Positions 52,740-64,000 are shown, numbered from the stretch's first letter. The stretch: 64,000 nt of DNA from Eubacteriales bacterium (GCA_045589435.1 JAZNPB010000140.1:1428-65427), one strand, 5' to 3'. Made by a program: numbers and translations. The notes: generated by a model from the letters alone, not told the origin.

Positions 52740-53696
52740 ATGATTAAACAGGAAATACTAAAGGAGCTTATTCCTATAACCGATGAGGAACGAGCTATAC
52801 TTGACGGAGCGGGTGTGGACAAAAGCATTTACACGACACATGGCGGAAGCGTTATCAGACACAAAAAGCTGCTATCCGACGGAAAGCTCATCCGTATCAG
52901 AGCTCATACCCGATTTGTGCATTTTCCGGAGCATACACACGATTATATCGAGGCGGTTTATATGTGCGCAGGCGAAACCGTCCACATAATCAACGGTAAA
53001 AAGCTGACACTGAAAGAGGGGGAGCTGCTGTTTCTTGGTCAGAATGCAAAGCAAGAAATTCTACCTGCCGGAGATGGAGACATAGCGGTGAACTTCATTA
53101 TTCAGCCCGTCTTTTTTGATAAAACACTTGAGATGCTTGGCGCAGAGGATACTCCCATTAAAAACTTTCTTTTAAGGTCACTTTTTGGCGACGATAATCA
53201 AGGATATTTATACTTTAAGGTGTCTGGAGTGCTTCCCGTGCAGAACCTTATTGAAAACCTGATCTGGACACTAATAAACAATACCCGTTCAAAAAGAAAT
53301 ATCAATCAGATAACCATGGCGCTCCTCTTTATGCAACTGCTGAATCATACAGACAAGCTGGTATATGAGAGCCGCGAAGACGAGGCGATTGTCAAGGTGC
53401 TGCAATACGTGGAAGAAAACTACAAAGACGGCTCCCTATCCGAAGCATCAAAGCTTTTGCACTACGACTTTTATTGGCTGAGTCATGAAATCAAAAATCG
53501 CACAGGCAGAACGTATACCGAGCATTTGCAAGAAAAAAGACTATCCCAGGCGGCGTTTCTCCTAAAAAACACCAATCTGTCAGCAGAGGAGATCGCCCTT
53601 GCGGTAGGATATGAAAACAAGAGTTATTTTTATAGGATATTCAGTGCAAAATACGGCACCAGCCCTAAGAAATACAAAGCAAATGAAACCAAATGA
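52740..53696 (+). CDS. AraC family regulator (cupin + HTH), divergent from rhaBAD
   Basis: Cupin motif FVHFPEHTHDYIE. C-terminal AVGYENKSYFYRIFSAKYGTSPKKYK. Start at ATG 52740 after GAGGTGA. Confidence 0.8.
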   Translation: MIKQEILKELIPITDEERAILDGAGVDKSIYTTHGGSVIRHKKLLSDGKLIRIRAHTRFVHFPEHTHDYIEAVYMCAGETVHIINGKKLTLKEGELLFLGQNAKQEILPAGDGDIAVNFIIQPVFFDKTLEMLGAEDTPIKNFLLRSLFGDDNQGYLYFKVSGVLPVQNLIENLIWTLINNTRSKRNINQITMALLFMQLLNHTDKLVYESREDEAIVKVLQYVEENYKDGSLSEASKLLHYDFYWLSHEIKNRTGRTYTEHLQEKRLSQAAFLLKNTNLSAEEIALAVGYENKSYFYRIFSAKYGTSPKKYKANETK

Positions 53697-53703
53697 CACA
53701 AAA

Positions 53704-53732
53704 ATGACAAGCGATAAGGCTTGTCATTTTTC
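53704..53732. terminator. bidirectional intrinsic terminator
   Basis: ATGACAAGC-6 nt-GCTTGTCAT with flanking A- and T-runs. Confidence 0.65.
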
Positions 53733-53774
53733 GTTATAAATGTGCTGTTTTGTAAACAATATTTTTTAAAATAC

Positions 53775-55055
53775 TTATTTTGTGTAACTGCCAAGAAGAT
53801 ACAGACTTTCCTTTGGATGTCTTTGTTGGGTACTTCTGTCAACCGCGATAAGACCAAAGGTGATAGAATATCCCTTCTGCCACTCAAAGTTATCAAGCAA
53901 GCTCCAATGGCAATATCCACGCAGCTTTATGCCGTCATTTACACACTTTTCAATGCCTTCCATAGCAGTCTTGATGAAGCGACATCTCTCATTATCATCA
54001 CTTGTGGAAATGCCGTTTTCGGTAATTAGGATCTCGCCGCCAAATTCCTTTGCAACGGCTCTTACCACGTTGGCAATAGCTTCAGGATAATACTCATACT
54101 TCATCTGTGTTAGGGGCGCGTCCTTTGCAGGATCCTTCTGACCGAAGAAGCCAAACTCATATCGGGTGTAGTTTTGAACGCCGATAAAATCGTCATCCTT
54201 GATAAAGGGTAGATAGTGACCGAACTCTCTGTACCACTCTTTCTTTGCATGATGCTTTCCCCATTTACCGGGCTGCATATCGTGGAGGCTTAAGGTAAGC
54301 CCAACCTTCGTGTGAGGGGCGTGTTTTTTTATTACCTCTTTTGCTGCAACGTGCGCTCTGGCAATAAGCAGATCCCCCTGTTCACTTCTCGAGGAAACGA
54401 AGGAATTGAGCTTTTCCGTGCCGAAGACTTCAAGGTTTTCGGTCTTGGCGATCTTCATATTCTCGATCATATGCTGAAGATTAACGCCAACCTGAGCCTT
54501 GCCGTCTGTCTGCTTTTTCTTGCCGAAGATCAGCTCCTTCATATATCTCTTTGCGATTGCCGCAAGCTGAAGTCCCATATTCGCCTCGTTTATTGTGCAG
54601 ATATAGTTCAGCTTATGTCCGAGCCTTTCGGCAACGAAACCACAGTATCTTGCAAAATATTTTACTGTTTCCTCGCTCTCCCAACCGCCTTTCTCAATAA
54701 GCCATTTGGGACTTGTAAAGTGGTGAAGCGTTACGATGGGCTCAACTCCAAGAGAATAGCAGCAATCAAGCATATTTTCGTAATGCTGAATTTCGGTCTC
54801 ATCAAATTCTCCCTCACGAGGCTCTATTCTTGCCCACTCGATGGAGAAACGGTAAGCATTCAGTCCCGCCTCAGAAAGAAGTCTTATATCTTCTTCATAT
54901 CTATTGTAATGGTCAACTGCATCAAGGCTGGGCTCGAGGAAGCTTGTGGAGCGCATCTGCTCCATTGTCCAATAATCACTGTGTATGTTATTGCCTTCTA
55001 CCTGATGAGCGGCGGTTGATGCGCCGACAAGAAAGCCTTCAGGAAATCTTTTCAT
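53775..55055 (-). CDS. GH1 family beta-glucosidase
   Basis: FPEGFLVGASTAAHQVEGN, acid/base TINEANM, nucleophile ITENGIS. Confidence 0.9.
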   Translation of the reverse strand: MKRFPEGFLVGASTAAHQVEGNNIHSDYWTMEQMRSTSFLEPSLDAVDHYNRYEEDIRLLSEAGLNAYRFSIEWARIEPREGEFDETEIQHYENMLDCCYSLGVEPIVTLHHFTSPKWLIEKGGWESEETVKYFARYCGFVAERLGHKLNYICTINEANMGLQLAAIAKRYMKELIFGKKKQTDGKAQVGVNLQHMIENMKIAKTENLEVFGTEKLNSFVSSRSEQGDLLIARAHVAAKEVIKKHAPHTKVGLTLSLHDMQPGKWGKHHAKKEWYREFGHYLPFIKDDDFIGVQNYTRYEFGFFGQKDPAKDAPLTQMKYEYYPEAIANVVRAVAKEFGGEILITENGISTSDDNERCRFIKTAMEGIEKCVNDGIKLRGYCHWSLLDNFEWQKGYSITFGLIAVDRSTQQRHPKESLYLLGSYTK

Positions 55056-57231
55056 CTTCTTCTCCTATCAAAAATGTATATTCTCCCGCGCATTTTTCAA
55101 ATTCTCTGCCATCGGGTAAAATGATTTTTACATCCTTATTTGTGGAAATATGTAAATTACCATTGTCATATTCTACATAAACCCCCTTATAATTGCCTCT
55201 AAATGCTCCAATGCGAGAATCAACAAATGGCTTGATTTGCACTTTTGCAAAACCGGGCTCAAGCGGCTTTATTCCAAGTATGTATTCATAGTAAAACTCA
55301 CCAACACTGCCAAAGGAATAATGGTTGAATGACACCATATTATCGCTTGACATTTTGCTTTCATTCACGCTTCCGTCAGGGCGGAGAGCATCCCAGCGCT
55401 CCCAGGTCGTAGTGGCGCCGCGCTCAACCTGATACATCCAGCCGCCAAGCTTCGGGCTGAGGAGAAGGTCGAACGCAAGCTCCTTATCACCGTTATCCGC
55501 CAGAAGCGGCAGAATATACTCTGTGGCAAAGAAGCCTGTCTGCATACCATCGCTACGCAGCTTCTCGATGAGCTTATTGTAGATCTTATCCCACAGCTCA
55601 CCCTTTGGAACTACCATTTTCAGTGCCATAACGTATGCGCCCTGATAGTCGTCACGCATTGTGCCATCCTTTTTGATAAAGGCCTTGATATATGCCTCGC
55701 GAGTTTTTTCAAGCTGTTCTTTATATCGGAGAGTGTCCTCATTTTTGCCTAGCAGCTCGGATGCCCAGATCATAATCCGAAGATCATTTATTATAAAAGC
55801 ATTTGAAACGGGGCCGTTATGCATCGCCATATATTTCACATCTCTGCCCATTGCCAACCAGTCACCAAGGCTTGGCGCGATCCAGAGATTTTTCTTGCCA
55901 AAAATACCACCCATTTTGCTTATTTCGAGATCAACGAATCTTTTCATGCAATCGTAGTATTCCCTGACGTAAGAGTCCTTGCCGAAGTGGTGATAAAGCA
56001 GCTCGGGAATGATGCAAATGCAGTTTCCCCAGCCAAGCATTGACATAAAACCAACGCCCTGCTCACCGGGGGGCGCAGGAACAGTAGGCGCTACGTAGCC
56101 AAACTTGTTTCTAGCCTGTGAATAGCGAATATCGCGAAGGAATTTTGCCCAGAATTTTTCTGTATCGAAGTTGTACGCACCCGTTTTTGCAAAAACCTGA
56201 CCATCGCCGGTGTAGCCCATTCGCTCATCACGCTGAGGACAGTCCGTGGGAACCTCAACGTAGTTTGATTTCTGTCCCCAGACTTGATTTTTAAATAATC
56301 TGTCAACCAGCGGATTCTCGCAGGTGAAGTCACCTACCCTATCCATATCGGAGTAGATAGCGTGAGCGGTAATCAGCCCCTCCTCGTACGGAACACCCGA
56401 AAGCTCTGCATAGCGGAAGCCCATGTATGTAAATCTGGGGCGATAAACCTCATCGCTTTCTCCCTTATGGTAAACAATTTCCGCCTTTGCCTTCCGAAGA
56501 TTCGCAGTATAAAGACTGCCGTCGGAATTTAAGATCTCGCCATGGCGAAGCTTCAACTCCTGTCCTTTCATTTTAGTGGGGTCAATAGAAACGATGCCTG
56601 CAAAGTTCTGACCGAAATCAATAATTGTGCTATCATCGCGTACAGTTACGGATTTTATAGGCATCTGCTCGCGAATACGAACCGAAATGATGCTCTCCTC
56701 AATATTTTCGGGAATATGCCCCTCAAATTTCACCTTTGGGAAGACCTCGGTGCCGCTATTTTCGTCGTAAATTTCCCCATCATAAAATCCTGCATAAACG
56801 TATGGTGAAGGCTCTGCTTTTACGTTTTCATCATCGGAAAAATACGTGTTTGTTCCGCTATTGTCGACAACTATCAGCTCCCAGGAAACTGCTGGGGAGC
56901 TGCCGTAGATTTGGTTTTTGTTTTCAAAGGTAAATCTGCCCGCGTACCAGCCTTGACCAAGAAGGACGCGAAGTATATTTTCTCCATCACCTAACATATC
57001 GGTCACGTCATAACTCTGATAGTAAAGGTGGTCGGGATAGTACGTAAACCCTGGCGCAAAAAGGCGGTTCCCCGCCTTTTTGCCATTTATCTCTGCTTCA
57101 TAAACACCGAGAGCGGTGATTTTCAGGGTAGCACTTTTAATGCCGGAAACTGCGATAGTCTGACTAAAAATCTCCACAGCACCTTCGGTATATTCGCGAG
57201 ACGTTGTTATAAAATGTTTTTTCAAATCCAT
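55039..57231 (-). CDS. alpha-L-rhamnosidase (GH78)
   Basis: 730 aa. The six-hairpin catalytic region has DCPQRDERMGYTGDGQVF. 17-nt overlap with the GH1 gene. Confidence 0.85.
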   Translation of the reverse strand: MDLKKHFITTSREYTEGAVEIFSQTIAVSGIKSATLKITALGVYEAEINGKKAGNRLFAPGFTYYPDHLYYQSYDVTDMLGDGENILRVLLGQGWYAGRFTFENKNQIYGSSPAVSWELIVVDNSGTNTYFSDDENVKAEPSPYVYAGFYDGEIYDENSGTEVFPKVKFEGHIPENIEESIISVRIREQMPIKSVTVRDDSTIIDFGQNFAGIVSIDPTKMKGQELKLRHGEILNSDGSLYTANLRKAKAEIVYHKGESDEVYRPRFTYMGFRYAELSGVPYEEGLITAHAIYSDMDRVGDFTCENPLVDRLFKNQVWGQKSNYVEVPTDCPQRDERMGYTGDGQVFAKTGAYNFDTEKFWAKFLRDIRYSQARNKFGYVAPTVPAPPGEQGVGFMSMLGWGNCICIIPELLYHHFGKDSYVREYYDCMKRFVDLEISKMGGIFGKKNLWIAPSLGDWLAMGRDVKYMAMHNGPVSNAFIINDLRIMIWASELLGKNEDTLRYKEQLEKTREAYIKAFIKKDGTMRDDYQGAYVMALKMVVPKGELWDKIYNKLIEKLRSDGMQTGFFATEYILPLLADNGDKELAFDLLLSPKLGGWMYQVERGATTTWERWDALRPDGSVNESKMSSDNMVSFNHYSFGSVGEFYYEYILGIKPLEPGFAKVQIKPFVDSRIGAFRGNYKGVYVEYDNGNLHISTNKDVKIILPDGREFEKCAGEYTFLIGEEDEKIS

Positions 57232-57284
57232 ATTGTTTTTTGCTTAAACGGACTATTTGTAAATAATAGTTTTCAAATATAGGA

Positions 57285-58721
57285 TTATTTGCGGATTACT
57301 GTGTATCCGTGCTCGGTAACTTCTTCGCCAGACTCGTTTTTTTCTTCTTTTTCTGCAGCCGCAGCTGTGATCTCTGCTTCATACTCAGGAATTCTCTTTG
57401 AGAGCTTTGTAAGAGCGAAAGCAGTGATTGCGAGAAGAACCATAAGAGCCAGAGGAATAAGGCTATAAAGAAGTCTGATCATTGTAATAGCGCTCTCGGG
57501 CTGAGCTACTACTGCATCACCATCGGAAGCAACGTAGCCCGCTGCTGTAAGAGCGAAGCCGAGAAGCCAACCACCGAAGCCCTGACCAAGCTGTGTACCA
57601 AATCCGTTAAAGAGCGCGGAAATGGAAGCGTCCATTCTGGGAAGACCGAGGTGCTGGTTATATGTACAGAGATCCATCTGTACCATGTTTCCAAGGTAGG
57701 AAATGGGAAGCATTGCAAGAGCTGTAACGATAGAACCAACGATGAGCATTGTCATGCTGCCGCCTGCGAAGTAGTTAATTACATAACCAACGCAGGAAAC
57801 TGCCGCGCCAAGACCGATGATCTGGTTTGCGGTGAACTTTCTCATAAGAAGTGGGAAGAGGAACATTACGGGCATAATAACGAAGCTCATAATGCTGAGA
57901 AGACCTGCAGACTCAATATCGCCAACTATGTACTTGAAGTAGTAAGAAAGCGCAGAAATAGACTGAATGGTCTGGAAGAGGAACATGATTACAAGGTAGA
58001 GCCAAGCGTAGCCATTCTTGCGGATCATTGTGAAGATATCCTTAAGAGAAACCTTATCTCTGATTTGACCTGCATCAATTGCGGGATTTTCCTTAACGAA
58101 GATGAAGCGGAAGATACCGAGAACCGTAAGAGGAAGCATATAGATAAGAATGAGCTTTGCCCAGCCCGCCTGGGATGTAGCCATGGAAGCCATAGCCTTG
58201 GGGAACGTAAGGGAAACTACCATAGCGCCCATTGTTGTTACAAAGCCGCCGAAGGAAGAAACCTTACCGATAAGCTTTCTATCGTTATCGAAGGCACGAA
58301 CGAGGTATGGAACGTTTGCAGTTGTACGAGCAGTATTGAATACGCCGTAGAGGAAGGTATACATAGAGAAGATCCAGATAACCTTAATAGTGTCACTCCA
58401 TCCAACGGGCGTGAGATAGATCAGGGTTGTGCAAAGAGTCATACCCAAGATGCCAATCTCGTAGGGACGTGCTTTACCAAGCTTTGACTTGGTGTTATCC
58501 ACAAGGAATGCGAAAATAAGATCTGTTATAAAGTCGAGAATATTACTGATAAGGATGATGTTACCAACTACCAAGGGCTCCATACCAAGGAAGTCGGTGC
58601 AGAACATAGTCATATACGTTCCGACAATGAGGAATATACCCGCTGCGGTAATATCCGAGGATTTCCAGGCTAAAAATTTGCCTAAGGGGAAGCGTTTCTT
58701 TTCAGTCGCTTGATTTTTCAT
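57285..58721 (-). CDS. glycoside-pentoside-hexuronide (GPH):cation symporter family transporter
   Basis: 12-TM MelB-like protein. LVDNTKSKLGKARPY loop motif. Start at ATG 58721 after AAAGGAGA. Confidence 0.8.
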   Translation of the reverse strand: MKNQATEKKRFPLGKFLAWKSSDITAAGIFLIVGTYMTMFCTDFLGMEPLVVGNIILISNILDFITDLIFAFLVDNTKSKLGKARPYEIGILGMTLCTTLIYLTPVGWSDTIKVIWIFSMYTFLYGVFNTARTTANVPYLVRAFDNDRKLIGKVSSFGGFVTTMGAMVVSLTFPKAMASMATSQAGWAKLILIYMLPLTVLGIFRFIFVKENPAIDAGQIRDKVSLKDIFTMIRKNGYAWLYLVIMFLFQTIQSISALSYYFKYIVGDIESAGLLSIMSFVIMPVMFLFPLLMRKFTANQIIGLGAAVSCVGYVINYFAGGSMTMLIVGSIVTALAMLPISYLGNMVQMDLCTYNQHLGLPRMDASISALFNGFGTQLGQGFGGWLLGFALTAAGYVASDGDAVVAQPESAITMIRLLYSLIPLALMVLLAITAFALTKLSKRIPEYEAEITAAAAEKEEKNESGEEVTEHGYTVIRK

Positions 58722-58877
58722 TTTGTTTTCTCCTTTATCTCTTTTTTTGGTTTTATTTTTCCAAAAGTGGTAAAATTTCACAAAATTCATTTCACCTCTT
58801 TACTTTTATTATACAATATGCTACAATCTAAAACAAGAAACAAATTGCAACAAAGTGTCGCACTTTTGGGAGGTAAC

Positions 58878-59447
58878 ATGGACATTTCAACAAGAACAAG
58901 CTCGTATAAAAAGGCTGACGCAGCTATAACGGGGGCGCTTTTTTCACTTTTGGAAACCAAAGATTTTCATAAAATCAGCGTTTCGGACATTATCAAGAAG
59001 GCGAAGATAAACCGCTCTACCTTTTACCGTCATTATGTTGATAAATACGACATTCTTGACAATATTAAGGAGATGGCGGCGCCGATGGGAGAAAAAATGA
59101 TCTCGGGATCAACGGATGATTCGAGAAGTCATTTTGATCTTCTTTTTAACAGCGATTACCTCAAGCATGGCGTTCCCGAGCATTATAAAAAGACCCTGCT
59201 TCTTTTGATGAAGGTGAGAACAGAAAATTTTGATATGGAAAAAATCGTCAAGGCAGGATTTGCCTCGCAATATAAACCGGGAGAAACCTCCGGCGCCGTG
59301 ATCCTCGAGAGAGAGCTATACTCTGACGTATGCTATAGACTCCTCATAAGATATATTTCAGATGATGGTGCAGCAGAAAATGCAGACGCTAGTGAAATAT
59401 TAAAAAATCTTGTGAATTATATTTGTGAAAAAAATAATTTTGATTAA
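58878..59447 (+). CDS. TetR family transcriptional regulator
   Basis: N-terminal HTH ...FHKISVSDIIKKAKINRSTFYRHY. Start at ATG 58878 after GGGAGG. Confidence 0.7.
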   Translation: MDISTRTSSYKKADAAITGALFSLLETKDFHKISVSDIIKKAKINRSTFYRHYVDKYDILDNIKEMAAPMGEKMISGSTDDSRSHFDLLFNSDYLKHGVPEHYKKTLLLLMKVRTENFDMEKIVKAGFASQYKPGETSGAVILERELYSDVCYRLLIRYISDDGAAENADASEILKNLVNYICEKNNFD

Positions 59448-59498
59448 AAAGCTCAAAAAAGACTACCAATATTTACATTTTGGCAGTCTTTTTTTCTT

Positions 59499-60698
59499 TT
59501 ATGTGTGCATTTCACGATATTCGGCCGGAGTTTTATTTGTATATTTTTTGAACACCTTAGAAAAGTGGCTATGGGATGAAAAGCCCAGGTACTGTCCTAT
59601 GGTAGTGAGGGATTTATCGCTATAACGAAGAAGCCTTTTTGCCTCTTCGATTTTTTCTTTTAAGATAAAGTCCGTCAGGGTAAAACCCGTTTCCTTTTTA
59701 AATTTCGCCGACAGATGAGTTCTGCTTATGAACATGGATTTTGCCATCTCGTCTACGTTCATGGGCTTTGATAAATTATGCTGTACATAGTTTGTCACCT
59801 GCATCAGTAGCTTCGACGGGTTTTTACCGAGGCGCACGCGCTCGACTCTGCGAGTATAGTCCAACACCATATGATATTGGAGATTTACTATCTGCTCCAC
59901 ATCCGAAAGAAGTTCACATTTTTTGATATAATCGTCAGAGAGCGAAAGGGCATCCTCTGTATCAAGTCCTCCCTTAATAGCAGCACGGGATGCAAGAGTT
60001 GCGGTAACGATAAAGGTGTTTTTCAGCTGCCGGAGAGCATCGTTTGCTATAATTCCACCACGAACACTGGGAGCATGAGAGAGCCATTCGCAGAGTGCGC
60101 CCACATCCCCTTTTGTAATCATCTGCATCAGGGTCTGCTCAAGAGCCAGCGTGTTATGTACCTCTCTGGGCGAATACTCCCCACCTTGCTCGTAATTTCT
60201 GGCTATTCTTTCGTTTTCGATGGTCTTTTCAATACTCATTTGCTCAAAATCAAAAATACTCACGTCTTCAAGCGACAGCTTTTCCCCATTCATCACGTAA
60301 TTCATAGTACAGAGTATCTGCAAAATACTTCCGAGTGGCATCTGAACCAGGCTCCGCATTGCAGAGATAAACTCCTCTGCCCTATCGGGTGAAAGATCGC
60401 ATTCGAATGCCAGAGAACGCATATCCCTCTCATTCATCGGTGTCTGCCTTGAGGGGCCAAGCACTACCGTATATGCGCCCGAACGAACAACGCCGTAGTA
60501 ATTGAAGTAGGGCGTGGTGAAATATCCCACCTTTTCGGTGATTTCAAACACGCGCTCCGCATACGGCTTTATCGGGTCGGCTGGAATATCAACCACCGAA
60601 TAGTGAAATATCTCTGCTTTATTCTTGTAAATTCTTATAGGTATGCCCGCAAGGTTGCCTATGACCCTGCAAATATATTCAATGTCAATTTTCTTCAT
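59499..60698 (-). CDS. AraC family transcriptional regulator
   Basis: C-terminal GFSSHSHFSKVFKKYTNKTPAEYR. Large N-terminal sensor domain. Confidence 0.8.
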   Translation of the reverse strand: MKKIDIEYICRVIGNLAGIPIRIYKNKAEIFHYSVVDIPADPIKPYAERVFEITEKVGYFTTPYFNYYGVVRSGAYTVVLGPSRQTPMNERDMRSLAFECDLSPDRAEEFISAMRSLVQMPLGSILQILCTMNYVMNGEKLSLEDVSIFDFEQMSIEKTIENERIARNYEQGGEYSPREVHNTLALEQTLMQMITKGDVGALCEWLSHAPSVRGGIIANDALRQLKNTFIVTATLASRAAIKGGLDTEDALSLSDDYIKKCELLSDVEQIVNLQYHMVLDYTRRVERVRLGKNPSKLLMQVTNYVQHNLSKPMNVDEMAKSMFISRTHLSAKFKKETGFTLTDFILKEKIEEAKRLLRYSDKSLTTIGQYLGFSSHSHFSKVFKKYTNKTPAEYREMHT

Positions 60699-60831
60699 TT
60701 TTCATCGTCCTCCACCGCAAAACAATACAATTATATCATAAATAAGACAAAAATGCAAGAAATATGAGATTATTTTATGCTAAAATATATGTAAACAGAT
60801 AACAAGAATATTTTAAGAAGGGATAGTTCTT

Positions 60832-63207
60832 ATGAATATTAAAGAAATAATTTCTAAAATGACCCTTGAGGACAAGATTTCACTTTGTACCGGAGAAGAC
60901 TTCTGGCATACAAAAAAGATGGAAAAATACGGCATACCATCTATTATGATGTGTGACGGCCCACATGGCTTGCGGTGCCAAAAGGGTGCTGCTGACATTA
61001 TGGGCATCAATGATTCCTTGCCCGCCACTTGTTTCCCTACCGCAGTGACCGCAGGTGCTACATGGAATAGGGATCTTTACAGAAAAGAGGGTGAGGCGAT
61101 AGGTAGAGAAGCACTCGGATATGAGGTTTCCGTGGTTTTAGGACCCGGCTGTAACATAAAGAGAAATCCCCTCGGAGGCCGAAACTTTGAATACTTGTCC
61201 GAAGATCCATACGTTGCAGGTCATATGGCGGCTTCTTTTATTTCGGGAGTGGAGAGCGTAGGTGTTGGAACGAGCTTAAAGCACTTCGCAGTCAACAACC
61301 AAGAATACAAGAGAATGAACGGCGATTCAAGACTTGACGACAGAGCTTTCAGAGAGATCTATCTTGCTCCATTTGAGATCGCGGTAAAAAACGGACGCCC
61401 ATCCACAATCATGTGCTCCTACAACAAAATAAATGGCGTCCATGCCAGTGATAATAAGAAACTCCTTACAGATATTCTCCGAGAGGAATGGGGATTTGAC
61501 GGCATGGTCGTTACCGACTGGGGCGCACTTTATAACAGGATAGACGCTTACAAAGCAGGTTGCGACCTGAATATGCCCGGCGGTTCAAAATATATGGAAA
61601 AGGACGCTATTGCAGCAGTAAAAAACGGTGAGCTGGACGAGAGTCTTGTTGACAGAGCTGTAGAAAGGATACTTCGCGTCGTGGAACGCGGCACCGAAAT
61701 TCAACCATATAGCGTTGATTTCGAGGCGCATCATAACCTTGCCCGTGAGATCGCAACGGAGGGAGCGGTTCTACTAAAAAATGAGGACAATATCCTGCCC
61801 CTTGATGAAAAGGAAACCGTGCTTATCGGTTACATGGCAGATCATATTCGCTATCAAGGTAGCGGTAGTAGCCATATCAATCCCTCAAAGATAATAAATC
61901 CCAGCGATGCTATGCCTGACTCTCTCCATTTCTCTTGTTCTGACGAACATGGAAACGTTTCTGCTGAGGAGATAGAGAGTGCTGTGCAGATAGCAAAGGA
62001 CAGAAAAACAGCTGTGATCATAGTGGGTCTTCCCGATAGCTATGAGTCGGAGGCATTTGACCGCGATCATATGAGAATCCCCGATGGTTACTGTGCATTG
62101 GTTGATGCGGTAGCAGAGGCAAATTCAAATACTGTTGTGGTACTTCTTGGCGGAAGTGTAATGGAGATACCATTTGCTGATAAAGCAAAGGCTATTCTCT
62201 ACATGGGACTTCCCGGCCAGGCAGGCGGAGAGGCGATTGCCGATCTTCTTACGGGTAGAGCCAATCCCTCTGGCAAGCTCACCGAATCTTGGCCCATGAG
62301 CTATGAGGACGTAGTATCGAAGGATACTTTCGGAGTGCGCGACCCCGAGTACCGCGAGAGCGTATACGTTGGCTATCGTTATTACGATAAGTCAAATAAG
62401 CAGGTACGTTTTCCCTTCGGTCACGGACTTTCTTACACAAACTTTAAATACAAAAACCTTAGCGTAAACGGACGCGAGGTTTCTCTTGAAGTGGAGAATG
62501 TAGGTAGCGTAGCAGGCAAAGAGGTTATAGAGCTTTATATCGCTCCTAAAACCGAGGGCATTTTCCGCCCCGTAAGAGAGCTTCGCGGATTTGAAAAAGT
62601 GGAGCTTATGCCAGGTGAAAGCAAGGTAGTACGCTTCACGCTTGACGACCGCAGCTTTGCTATATGGGCTGACGGTTGGAGAATACCCGGTGGAGAATAC
62701 GATATCGAGGTGGGAAGCTCCAGCCGCGACATTCGATTAAGTCAGATCATTACGGTGGAAGGGGAGGACATTTCCGTGCCACAGTGGCAGAAGGATAGCT
62801 GGTATGAAAATCCCAATGGAACACCTACTCGCAAAGAATGGGAAGTTCTGATGGGCAGAAGCATCCCACTTACTGCTGAACCAAAAAAAGGCTCGTTCAA
62901 CATGGATAACACCTGCATGGAAATGAAGGATCATTCCTTTATGATGAAGATGCAGTACAAGGTGACCGAGGGCATTGTAGCCAAAGGATTCGGCGGAAAG
63001 CGGGATATGAGTGACCCCGCCTTCAAGATGATGATCCTCAGCGCAACGGATTGCCCAATGAGATCTGTGGTTATCAGCAGCAGCGGTGCAATGAATGATA
63101 CGCTGGCAAGATTCATGCTGTTTATGGCAAACGGCGTCTTCAGTAAAATCAAAAATCTATTTACGGGAGTTAAAGCTTCCGTTCTTCCGAAAGGAAAGGA
63201 GATATAA
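60832..63207 (+). CDS. GH3 family beta-glucosidase
   Basis: [12 protein letters not shown], nucleophile region [12 protein letters not shown], and a C-terminal FnIII-like domain. Confidence 0.9.
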   Translation: MNIKEIISKMTLEDKISLCTGEDFWHTKKMEKYGIPSIMMCDGPHGLRCQKGAADIMGINDSLPATCFPTAVTAGATWNRDLYRKEGEAIGREALGYEVSVVLGPGCNIKRNPLGGRNFEYLSEDPYVAGHMAASFISGVESVGVGTSLKHFAVNNQEYKRMNGDSRLDDRAFREIYLAPFEIAVKNGRPSTIMCSYNKINGVHASDNKKLLTDILREEWGFDGMVVTDWGALYNRIDAYKAGCDLNMPGGSKYMEKDAIAAVKNGELDESLVDRAVERILRVVERGTEIQPYSVDFEAHHNLAREIATEGAVLLKNEDNILPLDEKETVLIGYMADHIRYQGSGSSHINPSKIINPSDAMPDSLHFSCSDEHGNVSAEEIESAVQIAKDRKTAVIIVGLPDSYESEAFDRDHMRIPDGYCALVDAVAEANSNTVVVLLGGSVMEIPFADKAKAILYMGLPGQAGGEAIADLLTGRANPSGKLTESWPMSYEDVVSKDTFGVRDPEYRESVYVGYRYYDKSNKQVRFPFGHGLSYTNFKYKNLSVNGREVSLEVENVGSVAGKEVIELYIAPKTEGIFRPVRELRGFEKVELMPGESKVVRFTLDDRSFAIWADGWRIPGGEYDIEVGSSSRDIRLSQIITVEGEDISVPQWQKDSWYENPNGTPTRKEWEVLMGRSIPLTAEPKKGSFNMDNTCMEMKDHSFMMKMQYKVTEGIVAKGFGGKRDMSDPAFKMMILSATDCPMRSVVISSSGAMNDTLARFMLFMANGVFSKIKNLFTGVKASVLPKGKEI

Positions 63208-63209
63208 AA

Positions 63210-64000
63210 ATGGAAAGAATACTTGACAAAAAGGCTTTTAATTCTCGTATTACGAGTGAAAGTGTAACAAACAAAGAAAAGTGGCTTGGTTATCTTCTGG
63301 GCCCCGCAGGCGCACTGCTTCTCAATGCAGTTCTTGCAACTTATCTCAACGTTTACTATACCGACGTTCTAAATCTGACTCATATTTGGGGAGGACTTTT
63401 CCTCACTGTATTTCCTATAATTTCTAAGATAATTGACGCTATTACCAACGTGATTATGGGCTACATAATCGACAGAACGAAGACAAGACACGGCAAGGCA
63501 CGTCCCTGGCTGCTCCTTTCTGCACCACTTGTTGCAATATCGGGAATTTTGCTCTTTACAGTTCCTAATGCTGGTGAGGCGGTGCAGGTTATCTGGGTAA
63601 TGGTATCTTATAACTTATTCTATTCATTTGCATACACCATTTTCAATATGAGCCATAACCTCATGGTACCTCTTTCAACCAGAAACACCACAGAGCGCGG
63701 CGGTCTTTCTGTATTTAACCAGATCGCATCTATTATGATGAGCGGTATTCTTGTAGCACTTATCTTCCCAATGGTTATTATGCCTATGCTGGGCGTTGAC
63801 AAGGCAAAATGGATAATGACTATGTCCATCATTTCCATTATTTCTCTTCCTCTCATTCTTCTTGAATATTACTACACAAAGGAGAGAGTTACAGAGGAAA
63901 GCGCGGATGCAGAGGATAAGAAAATCCCATTCCTTACCCAGCTTCGCATAATCCTTACGGATAAATATATGGTAATAATTTTCGCATATTTCCTTATTTA
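63210..64000 (+). CDS. GPH:cation symporter family transporter, C-terminus beyond window
   Basis: ATG 63210 follows AAGGAGA. Open to the window end. [14 protein letters not shown] loop motif. Absent from the ORF track because it has no stop in the window. Confidence 0.75.
   Translation, partial: MERILDKKAFNSRITSESVTNKEKWLGYLLGPAGALLLNAVLATYLNVYYTDVLNLTHIWGGLFLTVFPIISKIIDAITNVIMGYIIDRTKTRHGKARPWLLLSAPLVAISGILLFTVPNAGEAVQVIWVMVSYNLFYSFAYTIFNMSHNLMVPLSTRNTTERGGLSVFNQIASIMMSGILVALIFPMVIMPMLGVDKAKWIMTMSIISIISLPLILLEYYYTKERVTEESADAEDKKIPFLTQLRIILTDKYMVIIFAYFLI

Overview
The window looks like chromosomal DNA from a moderate-GC Firmicutes/Clostridia-type anaerobe. This is inferred from SD-type RBSs, consensus sigma-70 promoters and gene content. 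No rRNA gene, CRISPR array or complete mobile element is present.

Gene content, left to right:
- 3' part of a large serine recombinase gene, next to tRNA-Glu(CUC).
- A GNAT acetyltransferase and a heterodimeric ABC exporter. The exporter is preceded by a 25-codon leader ORF and two tandem terminators.
- A GtrA-like protein, a HAD hydrolase, a phosphofructokinase, an AraC regulator and a RumA/RlmD methyltransferase.
- A string of small accessory genes (12-20 kb), then a 5'-3' exonuclease.
- The dominant feature: one uninterrupted 20,016-nt ORF (22205..42220, minus strand) encoding a 6,671-aa protein. It sits between a type II pantothenate kinase gene and a 128-aa membrane-anchored protein.
- A flavoprotein, a fused double O-antigen-ligase-like membrane protein, tRNA-Met and tRNA-Glu(UUC), and a VOC protein.
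- rhaDAB and a rhamnoside/glucoside utilisation locus (GH1, GH78, GH3, two GPH transporters, AraC/TetR regulators).

The giant protein is hyper-acidic and repeat-rich, has no signal peptide and carries a single C-terminal TM anchor. I recognise no known domain in it, and it is the best candidate here for something undescribed.

A second theme is that three loci carry decayed duplicates of the 3' end of a target gene, which suggests repeated site-specific insertion without a resident recombinase:
- rumA: tandem cassettes, plus a mirror-symmetric 8-mer/hairpin array.
- pfk: a 0.34-kb insert.
- Both tRNA-Glu genes: structured tRNA-derived elements.

All functional calls rest on motif recognition by eye. 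No database search was run.
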